DNA from: an uncultured Chitinophaga sp.
GTDB lineage: Bacteria; Bacteroidota; Bacteroidia; NS11-12g; UBA955
NCBI GenBank assembly: GCA_964505065.1
Contig: CAZDGF010000009.1
Coordinates: 1,226-65,225, forward strand
Direction: 5' to 3'
Length of the DNA: 64,000 bases
Within the stretch, counting starts at the first letter, position 1. Each line of letters starts with the position of its first letter. A program made the position numbers and the translations under genes. The notes under the pieces were generated by a model. It saw only the letters and a program-made list of their open reading frames with translations, did no database searches and was not told the origin of the DNA. Shown piece by piece: positions 38,304 to 47,026 of the stretch.

Positions 38304-38860
38304 TGTTAAAAATAGACCAATATTTATACCAACTGATTAACCAAACCCTGCATGCCGATTGGCTAAATTGGCTAATGGTGCAATTTTCTAATAAATATTT
38401 TTGGATACCCTTGTATGCTGTAATTGTTTTTTTTATCATCAAAGTTTTTAAGAAAAAAGCCATTATTGCTTTAATCTGTTTAGGTGTTTCTGTTTTACTT
38501 GCAGATAGAGTTTCGAGTGGTTTTTTAAAACCTGCTTTTAAGCGCGAGCGACCCTGCCATATAGCAGCCCTAAACCCCATAGTGCTCGACCCCTGCCACG
38601 ATACAGGCAGTATGCCTTCATCTCATGCTGCTAATCATTTTGCTATTTCTGTATTTTTAATTTGCTTGTTCCATAAAAGTAAAAAACAGATTAAATATTT
38701 GCTTTTAATTTGGGCATTTTTAGTAGCCTACAGCCGTGTATATTGTGGGGTGCATTATCCTGCCGATGTTTTGGTGGGCGGCTTGATAGGGGCTTTAATT
38801 GGTTGGGCTTGTTATTATAATTTTTATAAACTAATGGAAAGGGCATTGAAATGGGCATAA
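38303..38860 (+). CDS. PAP2-family phosphatase
   Basis: KRERP, PSSHAAN, SRVYCGVHYPADV (the three PAP2 motifs). Its start overlaps the upstream stop (TAATG). Confidence 0.8.
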   Translation: MLKIDQYLYQLINQTLHADWLNWLMVQFSNKYFWIPLYAVIVFFIIKVFKKKAIIALICLGVSVLLADRVSSGFLKPAFKRERPCHIAALNPIVLDPCHDTGSMPSSHAANHFAISVFLICLFHKSKKQIKYLLLIWAFLVAYSRVYCGVHYPADVLVGGLIGALIGWACYYNFYKLMERALKWA

Positions 38861-39582
38861 GTTTTCCTGCTATTGTATTGCTATTGGGTCCTTTGTTGGG
38901 TATTTTTATTCAATATAAAATAAAATTTAACAACCCAAAAATAGTTGCCAATATTGTGCTTTTTAGCGGTGCATTTTTATTGGGTGTAGCTGTATTTGGG
39001 CTTATGCCCGAGCTTTTTAGCGAAACAGAAAATGCCAAACAAGCTGGTTTATGGCTTATTTTTGGTTTTTTATTTCAGCTTTTTTTAGAAAAATTTACAG
39101 GCGGCATAGGGCATGGGCATATACATAGCCACGAGGTGCCAAAAAATATATGGGTGCTTTATGCAGGGCTTTATGTACACGCTCTTTTTGAAGGGTATAG
39201 CGCAGGTGTAAGCAATTATTTATACCCTTTGGTTATTTCCAGTATGGTTATTGGCATTTCTATACACGAAGCCCCAGCTACTTTTTCTTTAAGTATGCTT
39301 TTAAAGCAAAAATTAAAGCATAAACAAAAACTAATTATAGCCCTTCTAATTTATGCTATGGCAACGCCTATTGGCTATCTATTGGGCGTTTATATTCATG
39401 CTGAAAATATTATTAGCGAAAATACAGCACAAATAATAACGGCTATAATTGCAGGCACTTTTTTACACATAAGCACCACCATTGTATTCGAAACCAGCCT
39501 TTGGAAAAAAGAAGGTTTAAGCAAATGGCTTTTTATATTGTTTGGCTTAATAATTTCGTATTTGGCTTGTATCATTGGGTAA
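38851..39582 (+). CDS. ZIP-family metal cation transporter
   Basis: About 8 TM helices. His-rich loop GIGHGHIHSHE. HEAPATFSL motif. Confidence 0.6.
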   Translation: MGISFPAIVLLLGPLLGIFIQYKIKFNNPKIVANIVLFSGAFLLGVAVFGLMPELFSETENAKQAGLWLIFGFLFQLFLEKFTGGIGHGHIHSHEVPKNIWVLYAGLYVHALFEGYSAGVSNYLYPLVISSMVIGISIHEAPATFSLSMLLKQKLKHKQKLIIALLIYAMATPIGYLLGVYIHAENIISENTAQIITAIIAGTFLHISTTIVFETSLWKKEGLSKWLFILFGLIISYLACIIG

Positions 39583-39660
39583 TTTTTTTGTCATTTAAAT
39601 ATGTATTACACAATATTTTTTAATTTATTACATTATGTTTGCATAGCACGTAAATACTTC

Positions 39661-40698
39661 ATGAACAAAAAAATTGCACTTTCCCTTATCATCTTTATAC
39701 ATTTTAATGCCCATGCACAAATAGCAGGCAAAGGTGTATTTGCTTTTTTAAATATGCAACCAAGCGCACGTAGCTTGGCTTTGGGTACAAATTTTATATC
39801 TTCAATAGATAACGATTTAAGTGTAGGCTATCAAAATCCTGCGGCTATGAATGCTAAAATGCACAATTATGCTTTTGCATCATACAACAATTATGTTTCG
39901 GATATTAATACAGGCTTTTTTGGCTATGCCAGGCATTATAAAAATGTGGGTACTTTTAGCGCCAATGTGTTTTATTTTGATTATGGCAAATTTGATGGCT
40001 ACTTGCCAAATGGCTTACCCACAGGCACTTTTACGGTTAAAGACCAAACTTTTCAAATAAACTATGGCAATAATTATAAAGAAAAATTTAGATATGGTGC
40101 TTCCCTAAAATACATTTATTCTATCTACGAGCAATATGTAAGCAATGGCATAGCATCAGATTTATCTGCCATATATACAGATACAGCCAATAAAATGGAT
40201 ATATCTTTAATAGCCCGCAATATTGGTTTTCAAGCTATACCATACCGAGGTACAGAGCGCCAACCATTGGCTTTTGAAATGGCTTTGGCTTTTTCTAAAA
40301 AATTAAAATACTTACCTTTTAAATACAATATTGTATTGAACAACTTGCAACAACCCGATATGCGTTATGATATAAAAAACACAAACCAAAGAGACGAACA
40401 AGGCAACGAAAGAGTAAAAAAAATGACTATGGGCGATAATCTTTTAAGACATTTAGTTGTAGGTGGCGAGTTTAATTTATCTAAACATTTTATTGTGCGT
40501 TTTGGCTACAACCACCAACGCAGAAAAGAGGCAGCACCAGAGCAAAAAAAAGGTACAACAGGCTTTAGCTGGGGTTTAGGATTTAAAATCAGCAAATTTA
40601 ATATAAGCTATGGTAGCGCTTCGCTTTTTCCTGGTTTTAATACCAATCAGTTTAGTTTATTATGCAATTTAGGCAATTTTTATAAGAAGAAGGGGTGA
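39661..40698 (+). CDS. porQ: Type IX secretion system protein PorQ-like
   Basis: Signal peptide then GKGVFAFLNMQPSARSLALG..., LNNLQQP, LLRHLVVGGEF, RFGYNHQRRKE. This matches my recollection of the PorQ family. Start moved to ATG 39661. Confidence 0.65.
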   Translation: MNKKIALSLIIFIHFNAHAQIAGKGVFAFLNMQPSARSLALGTNFISSIDNDLSVGYQNPAAMNAKMHNYAFASYNNYVSDINTGFFGYARHYKNVGTFSANVFYFDYGKFDGYLPNGLPTGTFTVKDQTFQINYGNNYKEKFRYGASLKYIYSIYEQYVSNGIASDLSAIYTDTANKMDISLIARNIGFQAIPYRGTERQPLAFEMALAFSKKLKYLPFKYNIVLNNLQQPDMRYDIKNTNQRDEQGNERVKKMTMGDNLLRHLVVGGEFNLSKHFIVRFGYNHQRRKEAAPEQKKGTTGFSWGLGFKISKFNISYGSASLFPGFNTNQFSLLCNLGNFYKKKG

Positions 40699-40809
40699 AG
40701 TAAGGATTTAGGTTACAGGGTATAGGAGATAGAGTTAACTTAAATCGAAATTTTAAAAGAGATGTAATAATAGCTTGTTAAAATTTACTAAAAAAATGAT
40801 TTTAAACAA

Positions 40810-40842
40810 AAGGCTTATGTTGAAATAACATAAGCCTTTTGT
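40810..40842 (+). terminator. Rho-independent terminator after porQ-like gene
   Basis: 12-bp perfect stem AAGGCTTATGTT / AACATAAGCCTT, 5-nt loop, followed by TTGT. Confidence 0.7.
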
Positions 40843-40858
40843 AAAACAATATAATAAT

Positions 40859-41003
40859 CCCAAATTCAGCAATAGAATTGCTGAATCGAATAACAAATTG
40901 TAAATCATGTTTTTACAAAACATAATTACAATTTTTAAATCGGGGTTAATCCCAACTAAATCAAATAGTTCGATTTTTCAAATCTCCTATTGATTAATTT
41001 GGG
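40859..41003 (+). mobile_element. 145-bp MITE-like element, copy 2
   Basis: 4 of 145 differences to each other copy. Flanked by ATAAT on both sides. Ends 11 bp from the stop of the tail-fibre-like gene. Confidence 0.8.
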
Positions 41004-41014
41004 ATAATTATAGA

Positions 41015-43630
41015 TTATTTATTGGTAGAGTTTAATTGTTTCAAAGCCTCTATTTGTGCTTGTTGCTCTTGTATAGCTTTAATTAAAACAGGAATTAATT
41101 CCATATAATTAACGCTTAAATAATCTGTTTTAGCCTCTGGGCTGTTTCTATCTTTTGTTGCATCTAAATGTGTAGCATTTATTACCAATTCTGGCATAAT
41201 TTTCTGCAACTCTTGGGCTATTAAGCCATGGTGCATACCAGTAGGAAGTGCCATATCGCCAAACTGACCAACTTTAAACTCGTAGCTACTTGGGCTTAGT
41301 TTCATAATATCTGCCAAGCCATATTGTACCGTACGAATATTGGTTTTCAATTTTGCATCAGAAGAGTATGAATTTGTACCTGTTCCTTGTATGTTGCCAT
41401 TAAAATAGCTTACACCATTAGAATATAAAGAGTATGTAGAGCCACCGCTATTGGCATATATGCCACAATTACCCGAATTTCCTGAAGCATATAACCCAAC
41501 CCAACCGCCTAAAAATACACCACCAATACCATAGCTACTTTGTGCATTGCTTTTGCCAAATATACCTACACCATCTGATGTTCCAGAGCGGGTTTCTGCC
41601 CAAATACCAGCAGTACGTGGGTTTGAACCAAAGGTATAAGCTAATCCATTACTTAATGTATTTACAGTGTGTATGCCAAAAGAATCTGTACCTTCTAAAT
41701 ATAATTTTCTGTTTAAGCGTGGACTTGTTGTGCCAAGCACTAATTGCCCATTTGGCATTAATTGCATTCTATTTGTAAGCGTTACTGTTGCTCCTGCTAC
41801 ATTAGATGCAGCTGTACTACCTGTTTGAAAACGCATAATACCATCACTTAATAAATGTTCTATTCTGGATACAAAGCCAGTTTTATTTACTTTATCTACT
41901 GAACCATCTAAATAGGAATTCATTTGAAGGTGCGAATTTCCGTTCGGACCATCAAATAAAACCCTACCGCTAATATGTAATGGTGCTTTGGGCGTAGATG
42001 TTGCAACACCTACAAAACCATCTTTCATAATTTTAAAACGTTCTACAGCATTAGTATAAAAACCAATAGAATCAGGACAACCTAAAACCATACTTCCGTT
42101 ATTATTGTTTATTATACCTAAATTTCTAGTTGAATAATTTCCAAAAGTGCCACTAGAATTGCTTGCATTGTATTTTATCAATTCCAATTGATTTCCCCCT
42201 CTTCCAGCTCTATAACCTTCAGCACCTCTAACATTTGCGTTTTCTACCATTAAAAAGTTTCCACCCGTTGAAGTATCTACGGAAGGAAAATAATAATTTA
42301 TTCCGTTTGGCGTTACTTTTGAGTTGAAAGAAACTCTACCTGTTGGCGCTACTACAATTCTTGCTTGATTGTTATTGGCTAAAAATATTGAATCTTTTGT
42401 TTCGATAAGTAAATTGCCATTGGTATTGTAAATTAATCCTAAATTGGTGTTAGACACACCTGTGGTAGTGCCTGTAGATGTTGAACCACCTTTTGAAACA
42501 AAAATACTGTTAGAAGCTGCGTTTACTATATTTACAGAAGGTGTACCTGCATTATTTGTAGAACGAATACCTACAGTAGTAGCCGCATTGCCCGAAATAT
42601 CTAAATTATAAGTTGGTGTAGCGCTATTTATACCCACTCTGCCATTGGCATCTTCTACAATTTTAGAGTTTTGTAATCTACCCGTAGCAGTAAATTTAGG
42701 CACATAATTTTGTGTTCCTACACCGCTCATTAATACACCACTATCGCCATTTGGTATCCAATTAGCGCCATTCCATTTTAATACTTGCCCATTTGTAGCT
42801 GCTTGTTGTGCAAGTTTTAAAGGATTGGCTGTAGTTCCGTTTCCTGCTATACCATTGCCAACCACCGCTGTTTGAGAACCCCAATTGTCTATATTATCAT
42901 CGGTAGCTGGTGCCCAATTAAAACCATTCCATTTAAGCACTTGCCCAGTTGTAGCTCCTTGTTGTGCTAATTTTAAAGCATTTGCAGTTGTGCCATCGCC
43001 TTCTAATGTAGCATCAGTTTTTGCAGTTTGTGTTCCCCAATTGTCTTTGGTTGTGTCAATATCATTGGCAGCTACCCATTCTGTTCCATTCCATTTAATG
43101 GTTTGTCCAACAGTAGCCCCAGCATTGTTTATTTGGCTTGGGTTTATTGTTGCATTAGCAGAAATAGCATTTGCTGTACCAGCTGTAGTTGCAGAGGTTG
43201 CAGTATTGGCAGAATTTGCATTTAAAGCATAAGGAACGCTTAACAATTGTGTTGTTCCCATATCGGTATAGCTTGTTCCGCCTGTAATATCTACCTCTAC
43301 TTTTACGTATTTATTGTTGGTGCTCCATTGTGCATTGGTAGGCCAGCTGCCCGAAAGTAGTGTTCCTGAGCCAATTTCTAAATTTACCAAACCTAAAGCA
43401 TTGTTCAATGCAATGGCATGCCTTTCTGCATAAAGTTCTGTACCATTAGCGGTATTGTCTATAATGCTAATTTTTAAAGCCACATTGGTGCCGTTTGCTA
43501 AAGGAGAACCTGCGGCATTTCTTACTACCGCTTGGTAGCTAAATTTGTTGGGGGCTTGCGCCCATACTTGTGCTATGCTTAATATAAGTAAGCCAAGTAA
43601 TAGTTTTGATTTTAATTGTAAATGTTTCAT
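41015..43630 (-). CDS. Tail-fibre-domain protein: signal peptide, N-terminal Ig-like module, GQVLKWNG repeats, long Gly/Asn/Thr-rich beta region, C-terminal peptidase-S74 intramolecular-chaperone domain
   Basis: Signal peptide ...AQVWAQ. FSYQAVVRNAAGSPL...LLSVPYALNA module. C-terminus SSDAKLKTNIRTV...GLIAQELQKIMPELV...LSVNYMELIPVLIKAIQEQQAQIEALK is typical of S74 auto-cleaving chaperone domains. Confidence 0.75.
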   Translation of the reverse strand: MKHLQLKSKLLLGLLILSIAQVWAQAPNKFSYQAVVRNAAGSPLANGTNVALKISIIDNTANGTELYAERHAIALNNALGLVNLEIGSGTLLSGSWPTNAQWSTNNKYVKVEVDITGGTSYTDMGTTQLLSVPYALNANSANTATSATTAGTANAISANATINPSQINNAGATVGQTIKWNGTEWVAANDIDTTKDNWGTQTAKTDATLEGDGTTANALKLAQQGATTGQVLKWNGFNWAPATDDNIDNWGSQTAVVGNGIAGNGTTANPLKLAQQAATNGQVLKWNGANWIPNGDSGVLMSGVGTQNYVPKFTATGRLQNSKIVEDANGRVGINSATPTYNLDISGNAATTVGIRSTNNAGTPSVNIVNAASNSIFVSKGGSTSTGTTTGVSNTNLGLIYNTNGNLLIETKDSIFLANNNQARIVVAPTGRVSFNSKVTPNGINYYFPSVDTSTGGNFLMVENANVRGAEGYRAGRGGNQLELIKYNASNSSGTFGNYSTRNLGIINNNNGSMVLGCPDSIGFYTNAVERFKIMKDGFVGVATSTPKAPLHISGRVLFDGPNGNSHLQMNSYLDGSVDKVNKTGFVSRIEHLLSDGIMRFQTGSTAASNVAGATVTLTNRMQLMPNGQLVLGTTSPRLNRKLYLEGTDSFGIHTVNTLSNGLAYTFGSNPRTAGIWAETRSGTSDGVGIFGKSNAQSSYGIGGVFLGGWVGLYASGNSGNCGIYANSGGSTYSLYSNGVSYFNGNIQGTGTNSYSSDAKLKTNIRTVQYGLADIMKLSPSSYEFKVGQFGDMALPTGMHHGLIAQELQKIMPELVINATHLDATKDRNSPEAKTDYLSVNYMELIPVLIKAIQEQQAQIEALKQLNSTNK
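42737..43105 (-). repeat. Intragenic repeats of about 52-54 aa (two full copies plus a partial third)
   Basis: GQTIKWNGTEW...DNWGTQTA...GDGTTANALKLAQQGATT / GQVLKWNGFNW...DNWGSQTA...GNGTTANPLKLAQQAATN / GQVLKWNGANW. Confidence 0.8.
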
Positions 43631-43703
43631 GATTTTTTTTTATTCTTAATTGATTTTTTTATTTTTTAAAAAGTGTTTTCAATAGTTTTAGTTTTTTTAA
43701 TAT

Positions 43704-44234
43704 TTAGTGTATTATGTTAAGTTTGGTGTTTTTAAATTCTGATTGGTTTGTTTTTGTGTTTGTAAATTGCAGTATTACGGTGTAAATACCTGAAGCTAAT
43801 GTGCTTAAATCAAACTGTTGGCTTATTAGCGATTGATTTGAATTTTCATTAAAACTAAATACATTTTTGCCATTGGCATCTACAATTTGTAGCTGATAAG
43901 TGCCTTGCTCTTTGGCATTTAATTCTAAATTTAATAAGCCATTGGTTGGGTTTGGATAAAGTTTTAAATCTAAATTATTAGATAGTTTAACTTTTTGAAT
44001 TGAAGTACTATTGACATACGATTGCTGATAGCCTTGCGATAAAATTGTGCCATTAGCCGTTGAAGTAGCATACGCCACCTGTCCTATGGTGCTGCTAATA
44101 CTGCCCCAAGCTGCCGTGCTGTAATTGCCACTGCTGGCTATTACACTTGGGGCTGCACTTTGCCCCATTAAGCTATTGGTGGCTAATGCCACTATAAAGC
44201 CTAACCCTTTTAAATTGATTGATTTTTTTTTCAT
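43704..44234 (-). CDS. Small secreted protein with T9SS type-A C-terminal sorting domain
   Basis: Signal peptide MKKKSINLKGLGFIVALATNSLMGQ (ATG 44234). C-terminus LKLYPNPTNGLLNLEL...QIVDANGKNV...FDLSTLASGIYTVILQF. The track ORF extends in frame to 44372. Confidence 0.7.
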   Translation of the reverse strand: MKKKSINLKGLGFIVALATNSLMGQSAAPSVIASSGNYSTAAWGSISSTIGQVAYATSTANGTILSQGYQQSYVNSTSIQKVKLSNNLDLKLYPNPTNGLLNLELNAKEQGTYQLQIVDANGKNVFSFNENSNQSLISQQFDLSTLASGIYTVILQFTNTKTNQSEFKNTKLNIIH

Positions 44235-44438
44235 ATTATTGATGTTGTTTTTAATTTCTAATTGCTCTAATTGTAAGCCATACCATACCCATATAAGCGA
44301 AAGTATAACTGCAAATACCAGTATGATAATAAGTAAATTTTTGCTGATGTATAAAACTCTATTATTGCCCATTTTCTTTTTACACTAAAATGATGGAGCA
44401 ATACTAATGGGTAAAAAAAATTATCAGCTAATTTTAGG

Positions 44439-44479
44439 CGTTACAACTGCATTACAGCAGCGTTACAAAAACGTTACAA
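44439..44479 (-). promoter_or_regulatory. Four direct repeats with exact 11-bp phasing (candidate transcription-factor binding array)
   Basis: Plus strand: CGTTACAA at 44439, CATTACAG at 44450, CGTTACAA at 44461, CGTTACAA at 44472. On the gene (minus) strand these read TTGTAACG x3 and CTGTAATG x1. Confidence 0.5.
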
Positions 44480-44667
44480 GGAGGTAAGTAATTAAAATAC
44501 AATAATTTAATAAATATTACACGATTTGTCAATTAGTCATTCTGTAAATTTTGGCTTAGCAAAATTATACAGAATCTGAAATAATCACAGATTCTGAATC
44601 TTTTTTTAGAGCAAATAAGTTAAATATGACCTTTTTTAGGCATTAAGTTATATTTCAAATTCAAAAT

Positions 44668-46404
44668 TTATACCAAATTTACCCAATCTGCAATAGAATC
44701 AGCCTCCGCTAAATTGAGTTTTTTACGCAATCTATGAATGGTTACTCTTATGCTTTGGTCGGATACACCAAGGGCGGCAGCCATTTCTTTGTTATTAAAT
44801 TTTATTTTAGATAGCACAATGTATCGGGTTTCGGCAGGCGAAATTTCAGGATAATTTTCTTTTAAACGCCCTAAAAAACCCGCATACACAGTATCAAATA
44901 ATTTTTTAAACTTATCCCATTGGGCATCAGTTAACAGCACACTTTGACTCAGTTCAGATAAAATTTCTTGGTCTTTGTCTTGTTTTAAATTAAGTTGCTG
45001 CTCAAAGTTTTCTATCAATTTGGCTTTTTCAGAAATGTTTTCAGAAAAGTTTGCCAATTGCAAAGTTGCAGATTTAAGTTCATTTTCTTTATTTAGGAGC
45101 AAAGAAGCATTCAATCTTTTTTCTTGTTGATGTCTTTTTTTAATTAAAGTATAAATATAAACTACAATTGCCATTATTACGATTATAAAAACTATTAAAA
45201 AATTACGTTGCATTGTTTTGCTTTCTTTCTCTGCCTCTACTTGGGCTATTGCTGCTTTACGCTTGTACAATTCCTGTCTTTGCTCGGCTTTAAGCAATGC
45301 TAAAGAATTGTATTTTTTATTGATATAGTTTTTAATTGTTACAGTAGAATCTAAATACATGTTTGCAAGCTTTTGATTATTTAAAGCTATATAATATTTG
45401 GCTAATGCAGGGTATAAAAATTCGTATCTATCAACTAATGTTTTATTTTCATTAATATAGGCTTTGGCTTTAAATAAATTTATCCTTGCTTCCTCTATTT
45501 TATTTTTGGCAATATAAATCTCTGCTAAAGGAATTAGCGAGCCAGTAGCCAAGCCTTTATCGCCATATTTTTCCGCCCATTCTATACAATTTTGCAAAAG
45601 CGGAATAGCCTTATCATATTCCTTTTTTAAAAATGCTACTTCGCCAATATTACCATTTACAATACCTTTCCAAACATTATTACTGTCTGATGGATTTTGA
45701 AAAAAAACCTGATTAAAATAATACAATGCTGAATCGAAATTTCCTGTTTTTAAAAAACACAATCCTATTGTATTAACTACATCTGTTGTCAATTGTTTTT
45801 TTTCTACTTTGTTATTTTCTAATATGGCTTGTTTGCAATAATGAATTGCATTTTTATAATCTTTAAAATAATAAAAAGACTTTGCAAGCCTATAATTATC
45901 ATTCATTTTTTGGTCATACTCGTTGTTGGGTAAAAGCTTGTGTAAGGCTATCATTTGATAATAAGAATCAAAAGCCAATTCGTAATTTACCAAATCGTTA
46001 AAATAAAGTATTCCCATATTATGATAAATTCGGGCTGCCAAATGGTAATACTTTTCACTCAAGCATTTTGCAGCTAAAATTTCATATTTTTCTATATCTA
46101 TATTACCTTTTTGATATTGTTTAAAATTTTGATTGCGAATTTCAAAAAACAATGCTTCTAAATACAATTCGTTGTTATTGTTTTGTTGAGCAAAGGATTT
46201 AAATTCATTAATTTTCTCAGCAATGTAAGCCGAGTCTTTGTCATCCATTTTAAGATATTCGTGCCCAAGTTTATGAATAGCAATATTTAGTTCAATTTTA
46301 TTTTTAATTTTTAACAAATGACTAAACTGTGCAAAAGCATTTTTAAACCAAAATAAAAACACCAAAAGGCACAAAAAAGAATATTTATAATTGAACAATT
46401 TCAA
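44668..46404 (-). CDS. Membrane-tethered one-component regulator: signal peptide, extracytoplasmic TPR domain, one TM helix, cytoplasmic coiled coil, LuxR-type HTH
   Basis: N-terminus FLCLLVFLFWFKNAFAQ. TPR-like repeats. TM FLIVFIIVIMAIVVYIYTLI. C-terminus ISPAETRYIVLSKIKFNNKEMAAALGVSDQSIRVTIHRLRKKL. Confidence 0.75.
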   Translation of the reverse strand: MKLFNYKYSFLCLLVFLFWFKNAFAQFSHLLKIKNKIELNIAIHKLGHEYLKMDDKDSAYIAEKINEFKSFAQQNNNNELYLEALFFEIRNQNFKQYQKGNIDIEKYEILAAKCLSEKYYHLAARIYHNMGILYFNDLVNYELAFDSYYQMIALHKLLPNNEYDQKMNDNYRLAKSFYYFKDYKNAIHYCKQAILENNKVEKKQLTTDVVNTIGLCFLKTGNFDSALYYFNQVFFQNPSDSNNVWKGIVNGNIGEVAFLKKEYDKAIPLLQNCIEWAEKYGDKGLATGSLIPLAEIYIAKNKIEEARINLFKAKAYINENKTLVDRYEFLYPALAKYYIALNNQKLANMYLDSTVTIKNYINKKYNSLALLKAEQRQELYKRKAAIAQVEAEKESKTMQRNFLIVFIIVIMAIVVYIYTLIKKRHQQEKRLNASLLLNKENELKSATLQLANFSENISEKAKLIENFEQQLNLKQDKDQEILSELSQSVLLTDAQWDKFKKLFDTVYAGFLGRLKENYPEISPAETRYIVLSKIKFNNKEMAAALGVSDQSIRVTIHRLRKKLNLAEADSIADWVNLV

Positions 46405-46625
46405 AAGTTTTTGTAGACATTAATTTATAATTGACGAAGATAGTAAGTTTTTTATAAATAGAATAAAATTTTATTTTAAAACTTAAAAGTGGAAAAAAAA
46501 ATTTGTTAAATTATGGTGTATTCAAGTTTAAAAAGCAACCCCAAACAAATAGACTTTAAATAGCTATGTAGCTAATTATTATTACTATGAAAGTTATAAA
46601 TATGATAAAAAAAAATTTAAATAGT

Positions 46626-46928
46626 TTATACCATAGGTTCTCCTTCTTCATCTCTCCTTGTAAATTCATCAAAATCATACTCTGGCAAAAGTTCGCTTTT
46701 TACATGTTTTAATGTTTCGTTTAAGGCTTCCGAAAATTTATTAAAATCTTCTTTGTACAAGTAAATTTTAGATTTTACATAATTGCCATCTTCAAACTTG
46801 CGGGTGCTTTCTGTTATGGTTAAAAAATAATCATTGCCCTTTGTGCTTCTTACATCAAAAAAATATGTGCGCTTGCCTGCCTTTACACGTTTAGAAAAAA
46901 TGCTGTTTTTATCTCTTTGCTCTTCCAT
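46626..46928 (-). CDS. PUR-alpha-like ssDNA/RNA-binding protein (DUF3276)
   Basis: IFSKRVKAGKRTYFFDVRSTKGNDYFLTITES...SKIYLYKEDFNKF. Confidence 0.7.
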   Translation of the reverse strand: MEEQRDKNSIFSKRVKAGKRTYFFDVRSTKGNDYFLTITESTRKFEDGNYVKSKIYLYKEDFNKFSEALNETLKHVKSELLPEYDFDEFTRRDEEGEPMV

Positions 46929-47026
46929 TATTTGTTTAAAAAAAGTACGCTAATTAACACTTTTTTTTCTTTATTAAGAAAAAAAGTTTATTTTAGCACA
47001 TAATTTGTAATACTATTTTTGATAAA

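Noticed and set aside
41015-44372. Prophage or phage-tail remnant, suggested by the tail-fibre/S74 domain.
   Set aside because: No capsid, portal, terminase, baseplate, tape-measure, integrase or lysis genes lie within 20 kb on either side. The protein has a Sec signal peptide and Bacteroidota-type surface-protein modules, which is consistent with a cellular surface protein.
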